Shown here: positions 1 to 11,970 of the stretch, piece after piece | How the letters are laid out: each line of letters starts with the position of its first letter | Numbering within the stretch: position 1 is the first letter of the stretch | NCBI RefSeq assembly: GCF_003704095.1 | Contig: NW_020846360.1 | Coordinates: 62,001-126,000 of the forward strand | Direction: 5' to 3' | Source of the DNA: Pocillopora damicornis | Lineage: Eukaryota | Length of the DNA: 64,000 nucleotides | Program-made: the position numbers and the translations under genes | The notes under the pieces: generated by a model | The model's database searches: none | What the model saw: only the letters and a program-made list of their open reading frames with translations | Told to the model about the DNA's origin: nothing

Positions 1-1720
1 CATGCTTTCCACTTGATTTGTTTGAACTTCAGGAAATGGTTCATCTCACAAAACACAGAGCCACTTTCTCTCAACTCAACATCTTCAGTACATACTAATA
101 ATGCTTGGGTTATGATGAACATGCTTGTGATAGGATAATTTTATTCTAATGCTTGAAACTGAAAAACTAATCACTAAAATTGACAGTCATCGCATTTTGA
201 AAGAAGCGTCTGAGTTCCAATCGTGTCTTGGAATGAGGTTCCTGGCAATTTGAGCTCACAAGCATGCTGGTAAGCACATAGTTAGTGGCAAATAATTGTT
301 AATTACAGGTTTTTAATTCCAGAGTATCTGTATATGTAGCACAAGTAAAGTGTGAGATTCAAATGTGCACGACTTTTCCCCTACATGCATTACACTTGAT
401 TTAAAATTTCACTCATGAACCATTATATGATTCATTTCACAAGATTTCTTAGTTCTCGGTTTTCAGTGCACATTGTTCAAGCATTCTCTTTAAGTACATT
501 GAGTTTCAGTCTCGGTCATCAGTGATTTCAATCTACCCATTCACATCAATAGGAGGAAATGTCTGTAAGTTGTTAGTCTTATCTTTTGATCCTGTTTGTC
601 AATTTTTCTTAAAATTATTGCAATTAATGTAACTTTGCCTTTTAGTTGAATCATCATCATCATAATCGTCACCACCGCATGATTTGATTAGATGCATTCC
701 ACTACCTCTTTAAGTCAGGTGAATGTGGAAAGTAACTTTGCTTTTAAAATCATCTCTTGGTTGAAGTCTATATTGGTTCGAAGATATCTGCTGCAAGTTT
801 ATCAAGACTCAGCCCTAAGAGAATTATGGCCAACAGTTTGTGGTATGATCATTCAACCATGTGTGATTGTGACAGACAACCCAACATGACACTGGACCAC
901 GAAGGAATTTGACATGAAAAATCCCTGCTTCTTTGCAGGAATAGAAGCACAGAGAAGTCAACCATCACAAAGATAACAAAAGTAACCAAAATGTATGTCC
1001 AACTCTCGAAATGTCGCTGATGTTAAGTCAAAGGTGCTGGAATTTTTCAGCAACATATTTCGAAGGCATCCATGGCGCCACCACACCTTCCTTGAAGAAA
1101 AATTCAAGATTCAATATTCCAATGACAACATCCAGGGGGAAGCTCAAAGAATAGAAAATTTTTAACCACCACCACCAAGAGACCTTGGATTTCTACACGA
1201 GGAAAAATTTGAGTGACTCCATGGTGGGGAGATTTGACGATCTTACAGAATGATGTCACAAACTTGAAATGAACTGACTTGAAACGAAATTATCATGGAA
1301 CAAAGTGACCAGATATTGCAAGAAAGCGTCATGGAAAATTGAGTTCCACCATTTGGAGGATCCTTGTGACCTAACAGCCTCCATACTATTCAATCTGTGG
1401 CACTAAATTACATCCACCGAAAAGGTTTTGAATCTTGGTCCACAAACACTATTAAAGGCCATCCAACAACTCAAGGAGCTTGATGAAATAGTTGTAACTA
1501 TGACCGTACCAACAAATATTCTGATGTTTTTTTCATGGATAAGGATGAATTTCTACATTTACTAACTGATGGACCCAAACACAATGTTGCCAGATTTAGG
1601 CCACTTGATCTAAATTTTTCTAGATGAAGAGTCACCTTTCGGTGGAAATACTGTAATAAAATCATTATTATAATTATTATTAATATTAAAAAGGTAAAAT
1701 AATCATTTATTTATTCAAAC

Positions 1721-2045
1721 TAAATAAATAAATAAATAAATAAAGTAATCTAGAATATTTACAAATCAAGAAATTAAATGTGCATTTGCCCTATTTATAA
1801 GATACCTCCTCACTTTAGTTTTAAAATCACGAAAAACTACAGAGTTCCTAGCAGCAGAAGGTAATAGATTAAAAACATTAGAGGCGCTGTCCTGGAAAGT
1901 ACCTGACTCAAGGGGTACTTTTAATGTCATTTCTTTCAAAGATCTCAGTGTCCATGCTGGGTTATAAATGTCTAGCTTAAGATAGGATGGCGAGTCATTG
2001 TAATACAAGGTTTTAAAAGCAGTGTTGAGTAATTGATACTCTCTG
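1721..2045 (-). mobile_element. 3' end of a non-LTR retrotransposon (CR1/L2-like) with (TTTA)n tail
   Basis: ORF 1766..2008(-) reads TLRSLKEMTLKVPLESGTFQDSASNVFNLLP..RN..FKTKVRRYL, typical of LINE ORF2 C-termini. It is followed by (TAAA)n at 1721-1744 on the + strand. Confidence 0.7.
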
Positions 2046-2109
2046 TGTCATAGATTTAGAGGTGAATCATGTGGCTCAAATCTTGAAGCTGTTTACATTG
2101 TGTGATGTA

Positions 2110-2765
2110 AGAAAGTGTAGACAAGTTCAGTAACTGGTCCATGGACAACAACCATGTTCTAACACCAACAAAACCATGACCATGCTTTTCTCCACCCAGC
2201 AGATGTCTCACATTCACAATCTTGAGTCCCATGATAACAAACTTTCTGTCAAGGTATTGGAGCCATGCGTAATCTTTGAGCTCTTAAGTATACTCCTTCA
2301 CCCACATATACAGGAAAAAGAGCATGTCAACATAGTCAGAACAATGCTGTGTTCTCTCCTCTGCCTGCACATCTTACTAAGGGGCTCTGGATAGTACAGC
2401 TAGCAGCTGTGTGATTAGTCCCAAGATGCTATACCAATGAAAAAGACGGAAATGTCTCTCTATTTCAGAGTGCCATGACCACCATCTGGCATGCCTTGCT
2501 GACAAGGCCTTGCATTACACTGACTGGCTGGCCTACATGTATCTGCAACTCAGTGAGGCAGCACCTTTTTGCCTGGACCTTAAGGTTGTTGGATACATTG
2601 CTATTGACAGTTCCAAATGAGGCTCACACATTTCAACATACTTGTGCCTGAGTTTTTAAAAGCCTCCATAAGGACACTAGGAAAATTACAGATGGAGGCT
2701 GTTTAATTAGGAGATACAAAAATTAATATTATTTTAAGGCTGTTGCACAAGATAGGCAATAATTC
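2110..2765 (+). mobile_element. Older, degraded LINE ORF2 3' fragment, tail pointing away from the previous copy
   Basis: Frameshifted translation: NWSMDNN.VL..NKT.TMLFS / LL.ILLH.H.Q.KEHVN / NAVFSPLPAHL..L..VQLAA / LLTVPNEAHTFQH.CA.VF.SL.KD.RK. Confidence 0.6.
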
Positions 2766-3632
2766 ATACATCAATACTGCTATTTTTAGTAAATTACACC
2801 ACTCATATACATTCATTCAGCACTATATACAGATAATCACATCAAGACTACCCAAATTGCATCTGATTCTGATTTATTTTAAACTAGACTTAGAATTGTG
2901 ATAGTAGACTTAAATAATGTTATTAATTGTGAATTTGGTTTTAGACTTTTGATTCTGAATAAAGAGCCAAACTCATGGTTTGGACTGCCTGAAGAAATTG
3001 CTATTATACTATTCATTATTACTATTAAATCAACAAATACTATTTTGTACCCTGAAGTTTTTACATGTAATAATGGCTCATAGGCAATTTTTTGCAGAAT
3101 GAGTTATCTTTTGAAAGTTATTGTTTGAGGTATGTGTTCATGGAAATCCATATTGTCTTTTATATGAATTGAAACTATTTGAGTATTGCCATTGAACTGG
3201 TGTGAGTGTAACTTGATCTCACATTATAAAGAAGAGGCACTACTTTTAACTGAAGAATTTGTAGAACAATTATTTTTTTTCTGAGATCACTGAGAGTCGC
3301 ACATTTCTTTGCTCTGCCTAAGTTTAGTTTTTATGTATAGTTATTCATATATTTTAAGAATTTTTTAGAACTCAGATTAGATGACTCTATGATATTTGCA
3401 AAACCTCCATGTCATTATGAAATTGGCAACGCTTTCACTCTCAAGAGTTGAAGCTGCTAGAGCCAAAATAATAGCAAGCTTGTAAGTTGGCTGGAATATT
3501 GAAACCCAGGAGAGGAAAATATAGCGGACAGAAGAACCACAAGATCAATACCATTCCTACAGCTCAATCAAGAACTCTCACTTGTGGCCCATTCTCAAGA
3601 GAGAAACCAAGGAAAATTATGATTATCTCAAG

Positions 3633-3677
<45 letters not shown>
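3633..3677. repeat. (TTA)n microsatellite, probably the tail of a minus-strand retroposon remnant
   Basis: Repeat seen directly; explains the poly-Leu in ORF 3487..3684. Confidence 0.85.
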
Positions 3678-4808
3678 GTCTTGAGGCTCTTCACTTTACA
3701 GTCTCAAGGGCGTGGATGTCCTTAACAAGGTAGGGACACCAAACAGGTGCCGCATACTCCAGAATTGGCTGTACAAGAGATATGTACAACATGGAAAAAA
3801 AAATTGCAAAAAGATTACATTTACGCATGTAAATGTTTATACAAAAAACCAAACATGCAGGAATTTAAAAGAAAAGCAATACTACAATGGCAGATAGAGA
3901 AATGCATTCTTACCTAAGTCAGATTTTCCTGTGAATCCCTTTTTTTTTCTGATGTAACCAGCCAATTGAAACACGCTAAATCAAAGCCCAAAATCTTATC
4001 TTTTCTTTCTACCATCACAGTCTCTAAATTTATTTTGTAGTGTTTGTAGAAAGTAATTAAGGTGCCGCTTTGTATAGAACTCAAGTAATTTTAATATATA
4101 TCGGTTGACTGTTGGCTGATATGTCAACCAAGGCCACCTATAGTACACATGATCCAATAATATTACATTTTAAATCTAAACTTAAATTGTATCTCAATAT
4201 CTAATTATATAGATCTTGATTTTTATTTTATTTTTATTTACTTATTTATTTTATTTTAAGGGAGATTTTACATAAGGTTAACCTCCAAACTTCCTTTTCT
4301 AGAAGTATCTTTTTTTCCTTAGTTTTTTTTAACCTGTATATAATTATAGTTTGCCTCTCGAATAAATAAAGTATGTATGTATGTATGTATGCATTTTAGA
4401 ATAATGACGAAAAGATGTAGTCTGCGTCTTGGGTAATCGGTTAGGTGAGTTAAATGGGGGATGTCGTTAAAAGTTATGTTTAATCAAAAGTGTAATGTCA
4501 GTGTCATTTTTCTGGTTGAACCATAGTGTGGCTTTCAAGTAAAATGCTGTCGTTACATTACAGTCTAGAAACGTATGTTTTATAAAGTCTAGTCAGAAAC
4601 AAAGAGTGCACACTTCATCCTCAGCTAGTCTGAATTAGAAGAGCTCCTTTTCGGTCATTATTATTCTGTGCTGTAACCTGAACAAGAGTTGTCTTAATTT
4701 ATTATCCTTTCGATATTATCCTTTCAAGTTGTTCCAGGCTTTTGTTCTTGCTTTATCACTTCATCTGATCTTAACCACACAAACATTTTTATTGCTTTTA
4801 AAAACAAA

Positions 4809-5404
4809 ATGGCTGTGTTGACAATTACTGCCAATTCAAATGATCATATGGTTCACTTCCGCAAACCTCTCAGGCATGATAGCAAAAAGTATCAACATAG
4901 GCTGGTGAGCTGCTCTCTTTTTAACCCTTGGTTTAATTTGAAGTGAACTGGAGAAATCTCTGGATTCAATGCCTATAGCACTGCAACTCTCAAGATAATT
5001 CCTAAAGGTAATTATTCACCCAATAGCCTTGGTCACACTCTTCAAGACACATTAAAGAGTGAAGGTTGAAATGAAAACTGTGAAGGAGTTTTGGAAATCC
5101 AAAATCCTCAAAATAAGCATATCCTTCATGACAATGATCTAGCTGATCTTCTAGGAATCAAATGTCATTCGCAGACCATCAACTTAATTAAAAGGTTTTC
5201 ATCATCCATCAAATACTGTGTCCACTGTGCCCTCTTGGACATCAATGAAAGTGTATTCAGTGGAGAGCCCTAACACGTTCTTGGATGCTTCAACATTGTC
5301 TGGCAGCCCTTTGACAGGGTGAGCTACAATTCTGAAATCCCAACCCAACGAAAAATATCATGAAGGAATTACAGGTCAGCCATGCAAATTTTCGTGACTG
5401 ATGT
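4809..5404 (+). pseudogene. Polinton/adintovirus minor capsid (penton)-like gene, copy 1, 3'-truncated
   Basis: ATG at 4809: MAVLTITANSNDHMVHFRKPL..RLVSCSLFNPWFNL*..IIPKGNYS..YCVHCALLD.NESVFSGEP.HVLGCFNIV.QPFDRVSY..IFVTD, with stops and frameshifts. The motif pattern (IP.GxY, VHCDL, TDEN..I.F/LN in copy 2) recalls polinton penton proteins. A paralogue at 16268 abuts pPolB. Confidence 0.55.
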
Positions 5405-5429
5405 TATTGAATCAAGTGAAAATTAACAA

Positions 5430-8232
5430 AAAAGGCCAAATGCCTACATGAGAGAATATAGAACGAAACAAAGACACAAAAGGATACAACAAGCAATAGC
5501 AAACAGGAAAAAGAGCTCATTTAGTGAGATAATACAGAACAGCTAAAGCAGCAGAGGAAAAAGAAAAGCATAGAATATACAAGAAGAATTAAATGGCATC
5601 TAAAGCATCTGAAGAAGAAAATGCCAAAAATAATGCATACATGAAAAGTTGTAGAGCAAAGTGCACAATCAATATTCAATCTTGGATACTTGAAGTGGTA
5701 TCTCAAGTTCCACTGTACATCAGTACTTGTTGTGATCAGTTATGGTATAATCATAGTGTATTTTGTGTTGACAGTCCAACCCAGATATTGACAAGTATCT
5801 CAGTAATAAGACATGTGTTGATGACATTGCATGGGTTTGTAAAACATGCTATAATCACTTGGTTAAAAACAGAATTCCACCATGTGCTGTTGTCAATGGT
5901 TTGGCATTCCCACAAAAACCAGCATTTTTTATCGCAATGAATTAGCACATAGATTGCTAGCACCAAGAATTGCATATCAAAAATGCAATGCAAACCCCTA
6001 AGAGAAAGCAACTCAATATTCATAGTAATAATGTAAATGTGCCTGCAGATGTCACTTATACAGTCAGCATGGTACCACGGTTATCTAGTGAGACTGCTAA
6101 AGTAAAAGTGAATTTAAAAAGAAAGTTGCAATACAAGAGTTCTGCAATGTCATCAAGTGTAAGACCTCATAAAGTTGTTGAAGGCACATTGTGGTTCACA
6201 AGTAATAGTAATCTTTGAAAAGATGGAGGTAATGTAATGAACCAAGATTGGATTATTAAGTACATTGAAGAAATTTTACCACATGAAAACTATTGTGACA
6301 ATACATGTGATCAACATTCAGTAATAGCTGATATAAACAGCAACAATAGTAATGTAAATTTTTAAAAAAACTAGATGGCGAAGATGAATGGGGTGAAGAT
6401 GAAGTAGAAATTCTGGCAGGCGTTACTGATACTAGGCTAACATCAACCAGCTTTTTAGAAGCCCCTGAATGTCAAAATATTCTCAAAGTTAATTGCACCA
6501 GCTGAGCATAATAGTCCATTGAGTGTATCCAGAGATAAAAATTCTGAAGAATAAGCATATCTCGGAATATTTCTTGGCCAGATAAGACCAGAAAATAAGG
6601 AACATATGGTTAAAGTCTACTACAGTGAAATCTTTAAGTCTGAACTTAGGTCAGATAGAAGAGCAGCCATGTGTGTTGAGAATATATTCTGTAAAACAAA
6701 AAATTTACAAACGGAAATCCTTTTAGGACAAGCAAAAATTGCATTCAGAAAATGTAGGGGAAATAGCAGAATCCTAAATGCAGGCAATTTAAAATAACAA
6801 GGAACATTGGACAGCTTAATCTGTCATCATGAGGGATTTAAATTTTTTTGAGCTTTAAGAGGTTCTCCTCCATATTTTGTGAAAGCTAAAGGGACCTTTT
6901 TGCAATGATAAGAGTGTTAGATCCAGCTTCCTTGTTTTGTAGTTTCTCATCCGCAGAAACACAATGGATACACCTTCTTAGAACACTCGGTTGACTTGTT
7001 GATCAGAAGAAATATACCGACTATGAACTAGAGAATTTGAACTGGGAAGAAAAATGTAGATTGATTCATAGTGATTCTGTAACTTGTGCCAGACATTTTG
7101 ACTATCAAATTGGTCAGTTTCTCACAAAGTTTCCCTTAAGTGATGTTGCACCTCTAAGGAAGATTTCTAACTGGTTTCACAGAGCTGAATACCAGCAAAG
7201 AGGTTTACCTCATATTCACATGTCAATAGACTTGAGAATGCACCACAGTTTTCTATAGACAGTGATGCAGATATGGCATCATATATAGATAATATAATAA
7301 CTTGTCAAAGACCAACAGACAACTACAAAATACTTAAACTACTAAACAGACAAGTGCAGACATTCTCATACTTGTCGGAAGAATGCAAAAAGTGAATGTC
7401 GATTCAATTACCCACAGCCTCCCACAAAACAGACAGAAATTCTGTATCCTCTAGATACCACTATATCTCAGCATGAAATAAAAAGACACAAAGATGCATG
7501 GAAATCAATCCAAAAGCATCTAAATGATATGAAAGAAGGTGAAGATATTTCCTTTGATCAGTCACTGTTTGAGCTCAGTCTCACAGAAGAAAACTACGTA
7601 CTTGCTGTAAGCTCATCACTTCATGCAACTGCTGTGTTTTTGAAAAGAAATCCAAATGAATCGAGGATAAACAATCACAATCCTGCTTGTCTTAGTGCAT
7701 GGAGAGCAAATATGGATATTCAGTTTGTCTTAGATGTTTATGCATGTGGTGTTTATGGTGAATTATATATCAAAGGCTCAAAAAGGAATGAGCAAACTTT
7801 TATGACAGGCTCGTATAGAGGCAAAGGAAGGGGATTATGATATAAAACGGTGAGTCAGACTCATTGGAAGTAAATTTTTGAATGTTGAAATAAATGCTCA
7901 AGAAGCTGTGTATATTGTTTTATAACTTCCTATGAGAAAGGAATCTTGGCAAGTTATAATTGTAAATACTTTATCTCCTGAAGAGAGAGTGGAGCTTTTA
8001 AAGCCAATTAATGATTTTAAAGATATGGAAAATGACTAGGGAGAAATCTAGACTAGTAGCTTGTTAAAAACATATCGTAACTGTCCACAAAAACTTGAAC
8101 TGACACTTGCAGACTGGGCTCCATGCTATGATTCATGTGGAAAACCATATGTAAAACAATCTAGTGAATTAGATACTGATAATATTGTGTGTTAGAGACA
8201 TGTACTGATGATGATCATAATAATGATGATGG

Positions 8233-8273
<41 letters not shown>

Positions 8274-10410
8274 TTGATGATGGTGATGATGCAGTTTCTA
8301 AGAAAGACACTTCTAGTAAGACCGAGAAAAGAACTAAAGCTAGAGTCATATGAAGTGAGTGGTTCAGTAAGGAAGCACATCCAGAAAAGCACTACCATGA
8401 GCTTATTATGCGTTTCACTCCATGGTGAAATGAAAAACTGATTTAATTGGTTTCTGCTTCTCATATCAACATTGCTTTAAATAAAAAATGAAACAATATG
8501 TTGTCTGTCATGAATACTTCAGTGAAATGCAACGAGAAATGAACAATGTAGAAGATACTTATGACTGTATAGCACCTGGTACTCAGAGTGTTGAACACCA
8601 AGACCAGGTTGAAGGTAGTACTGATTTATACCCTGATTTTAATGAGAACTATAACATGCAGGATGACATTGGTATTCCCTCAATAGATGCAAACATGGAG
8701 CCATTAGTATTAAATGAATTGCAAGATTATGAATAACAATGCATGGTTCAAATTTTTAATAAAGGACAAAAGGATTTTTCCTTTCATGTACTACATCTAA
8801 TAAAAACATCTGATAAGCTATTCAACTGTTTTTTGAGTGGAGTGGCCGGTGTGGGTAAATCTCACCTCACAAAAGCACTCTTTCAAGTAGCCTAAAAGTA
8901 TTTATAATGCTAGAGCTGATGTCAACTTTAGTGACATTAAGGTCTTAATGTTAGCACTTACTGGTAAGCAGCATATAATATTAAAGATAACACAATACAT
9001 AGTGCACTTGCAACACTTGCATGTCAGTCATTGATAAACTACAAATGTCTTGATTCAAGTAAACTGAACACATTAAGAAGTCAGCTTGTTTGAGTTAAAT
9101 TGATATTCATAAAGGAAATATACATGCATGGTTGTCAACACAATGTTTAATGTTCAAATCAACAACAGACTAAAGGACATTACAGGTAGTTTACTACCTT
9201 TTGGCAGTGTTGGTATTGTTGCTATTGGTGATCTATTCCAACTCTACCCAATTATGGATGGTAAGAACATTTCAACATGTTTTAACTACATTAAATAATG
9301 AGACAAAGAGAAGGCAAAGAATTTGCTGAGATGTTGAATGGGTTAAGAGAAGGAAAACATACTACAGAGATATTATGTAATTTAAAGAAAGAATAATAGA
9401 ACCTAACAGTTGCCACCACCCCAAAGTTGTTCCTCACTTGTTTATACAGAATGCAAAAGTCAATGTGTTCAATGATAGAGCACACTGAGCTATGTCAGGT
9501 GCTAAGTACAGTATCAGAGCATGTGACAGTGTCATAGGAGTTGAGTTACAAGAACTGAGATGAAATCATGAACCAAATACCTAGTGATCTGAGGAAAACT
9601 GAACCACTGTTTTCCATGTTAAATGTTGCAGTCCTAGAGAGAACTGAAATCTCTCTTAACACAAGAACAGATGATGGTACAACAAATGGTGCTGCTAGTG
9701 TAATTAAAATGGTACAAGTACATCAGATAGACAGACAGACCATCTAATAAAATGTGGACAAAATTTGACCATGCTAATGTTGGAACCAAAACCAGACATT
9801 ACAATAGGCAGTTATATGTCCAAGGTATTGAACCCACATGGACACCCATCAAACCTGTTGCAACCAGAATAGTACAAGTTGTCAGAAAACAGTTACCATT
9901 ACGACCTGCTGCAGCTAAAACTATTCACAGATCACAAGGTGATACCAAAACTAGAGTTGTGGTTAACTTTAACACTAGAAAAGCAAATCTTCATACACCT
10001 TATTTAGGGTTAAGTAGAGTGACAACTATAGAAAGCTTACACACAACAGATCTTTGTGAACACCATTACACCATTGGCTAATAATGTCAGACCATTTGGA
10101 AGAATGACAGTTTATAGCCTTATTTATTATTATCCTGGTTATCCATACTCTTGCAATCCTAGAGTTGAAAGAACTGCTCTCAGGCTGATGACTGCCCCAC
10201 ATCCATACATTTTTGGAACACATCACTCACCAAGAGTACCTGTATCTCAGCCATGTCAAGCATTGTCTGATCTAATTTGCCACTCTTCACAATTCAAATA
10301 GTCATGGGTAATTTTAATGTTAATTGACTGAACAACATAGGAACAATGTCTTCATTTAGTCTCTTCATAAGAGACCATAAATACAACCATCTAGTATTGT
10401 GTTGCATCAC
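5430..10410 (+). mobile_element. Degraded Helitron of Helentron type (Rep HUH + PIF1 helicase + C-terminal AP-endonuclease-like remnant)
   Basis: N-terminal LYISTCCDQLWY and NVNVPADV..KVNLKRKLQYKS. Rep motifs WFHRAEYQQRGLPHIHM (~7170-7225) and WRANMDIQFVLDVYAC (~7700). Walker A FLSGVAGVGKSHL (~8830), VAIGDLFQL (~9215) and RKQLPLRPAAAKTIHRSQGDT (~9885). IVMG(N/D)FNVN near 10300. Many stops and frameshifts. Confidence 0.9.
8205..8291. repeat. (GAT)n microsatellite inside the Helitron
   Basis: Repeat seen directly; the source of the poly-M and poly-I ORFs. Confidence 0.9.
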
Positions 10411-10789
10411 TGATTTAATTATTAAAATCATTATCCAAAAGGATTTATTAGTTTCTCAAAAGACAAGTTTCATTTGCCAAAGGGAATATTTGTTCCCTGA
10501 TCTCAACAATGGCAGCATTGTTTAAAAGAGATTGAAATCTTATATGGGATGAACACTTATTATTTCCTATTAGTCTCTCTTCACAATGGATCAGGAGCCT
10601 TCAAATTCAAAGCAAGTCACTTCTATACTACCTCTTAACCATAACTCGAACTATAAATTTATAACTGAAATGATGATGAAGATGACGACAATGACAACCA
10701 CAATAACTTTTAGTGAGGGTAACCTTCACAGGAGCTCTCCTTCCATTAAAAACATGACTACAAAGCATTGGCAAGTAACACAAAAACTG

Positions 10790-11636
10790 TTGACACTGTT
10801 GACCATGTAATACTGCTCAAAAGATTGAATTCTAAATTCTCAATACGTGGCACTGCACTTGACTGGTTCCGCTCCTACCTTACTAACCGCACACTGCTCC
10901 CTCATGTCAAATCTGTCTGTAAATCTGCCTTCTATCATCTTCGGAACATTTCCCGTATAAGGAAATTACTATCCATTAAGACCACTGAGACTCTAGTCCA
11001 CGCCTTTGTAACCTCCAAGTTGGATCACTGTAACTCTCTTTTATACGGTGTCCCCAAATATGCTATCCAAAAGCTCCAATCAGTGCAGAATGCGGCGGCT
11101 CGACTTATTACCAGCTCTCGTAAATTCGACCGCATCACCCCTGTTTTGTTCGACCTACACTGGCTTCCAATTTCTGAGCGAATTAAATTCAAAATAATTC
11201 TGCTCACCCATAAAGCTCTTCACCAGCAGTCTTCTGTCTACATTCAAGACCTAATACGCCGTTATTCAACTTCAAGAACGCTCCGTTCGTCTTCAACATT
11301 GCGTCTGACTCCTGTCAACTTTAATCTCAAGTCCTATGGCTATAGAGCTTTTGCTGTTTCGGCTCCTGAACTGTGGAATAAACTACCTGATGACATTCGT
11401 TCTTGTGACAATTTAAATATTTTTAAACGTAAACTTAAGACTCGTCTTTTTAAAAATTACTTTAATGTATGATCTATTTTCTTATCCATGTCAAACGCCT
11501 ATATCTTAGACATCAGTTAACTTAAGACTTACTTTTAATATTATTTTAACGTGTGATATTTTAATATTTTTGTAAAGCGCTTAGAACAGGACTGGATAAG
11601 CGCTATATAAGTAGTTTTATTTATTTATTTATTTAT
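10790..11636 (+). mobile_element. L2-clade LINE, 5'-truncated with internal in-frame deletion, relatively young
   Basis: Translation [24 protein letters not shown]|[60 protein letters not shown]. The 3' UTR has the L2-type stem GTAAAGCGCT..AGCGCTATATAAGT (11572-11613) and a (TTTA)n tail. The ORF is open and CpGs are retained. Confidence 0.9.
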
Positions 11637-11970
11637 GCCTCTGTCCCCTTTGACAGCTTTTCCTTTGCCATGGGAAGCAATCTCATCTGGAATCCTGCAG
11701 GTGTTCTGGCTCCTTTGCCATCCAGTGCCAAGCTCAGGACAGTGAAATGGACAAATTCTAAAGGCATTTACATCCTTTGAACTCATGTAAAAGATACCTG
11801 CCTGAGCAAGGATATGTTCATTCTCATTCTTAACTTCAGCAAAACAGCAATGAATCTGCACATCCTTGTTGCATGACACTAAGGGAACTACCTAAATTAA
11901 TTTATTCTTGTCATGTCACTTGTACAAGCAAGCACGTCCAACTATAAACTTACATGAGCAATAAGGTTCC
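11637..11970 (-). mobile_element. N-terminal fragment of an unclassified Cys/His-rich repeat-derived ORF
   Basis: VVPLVSCNKDV..EHILAQAGIF..ICPFH..LGTGWQRS..CRIP..KGDRGI, cut off at the L2 tail. Family not identified. Confidence 0.35.

Noticed and set aside
1-1650. Coding-like decayed sequence
   Set aside because: No motif I can assign to a family with confidence.
1721-2765. Twin-priming 5' inversion of a single LINE
   Set aside because: The + strand piece continues to its own ORF2 C-terminus (~2540-2760), so these are two separate copies.
8192-8464. Poly-Met and poly-Ile ORFs
   Set aside because: Artefacts of the (GAT)n microsatellite.
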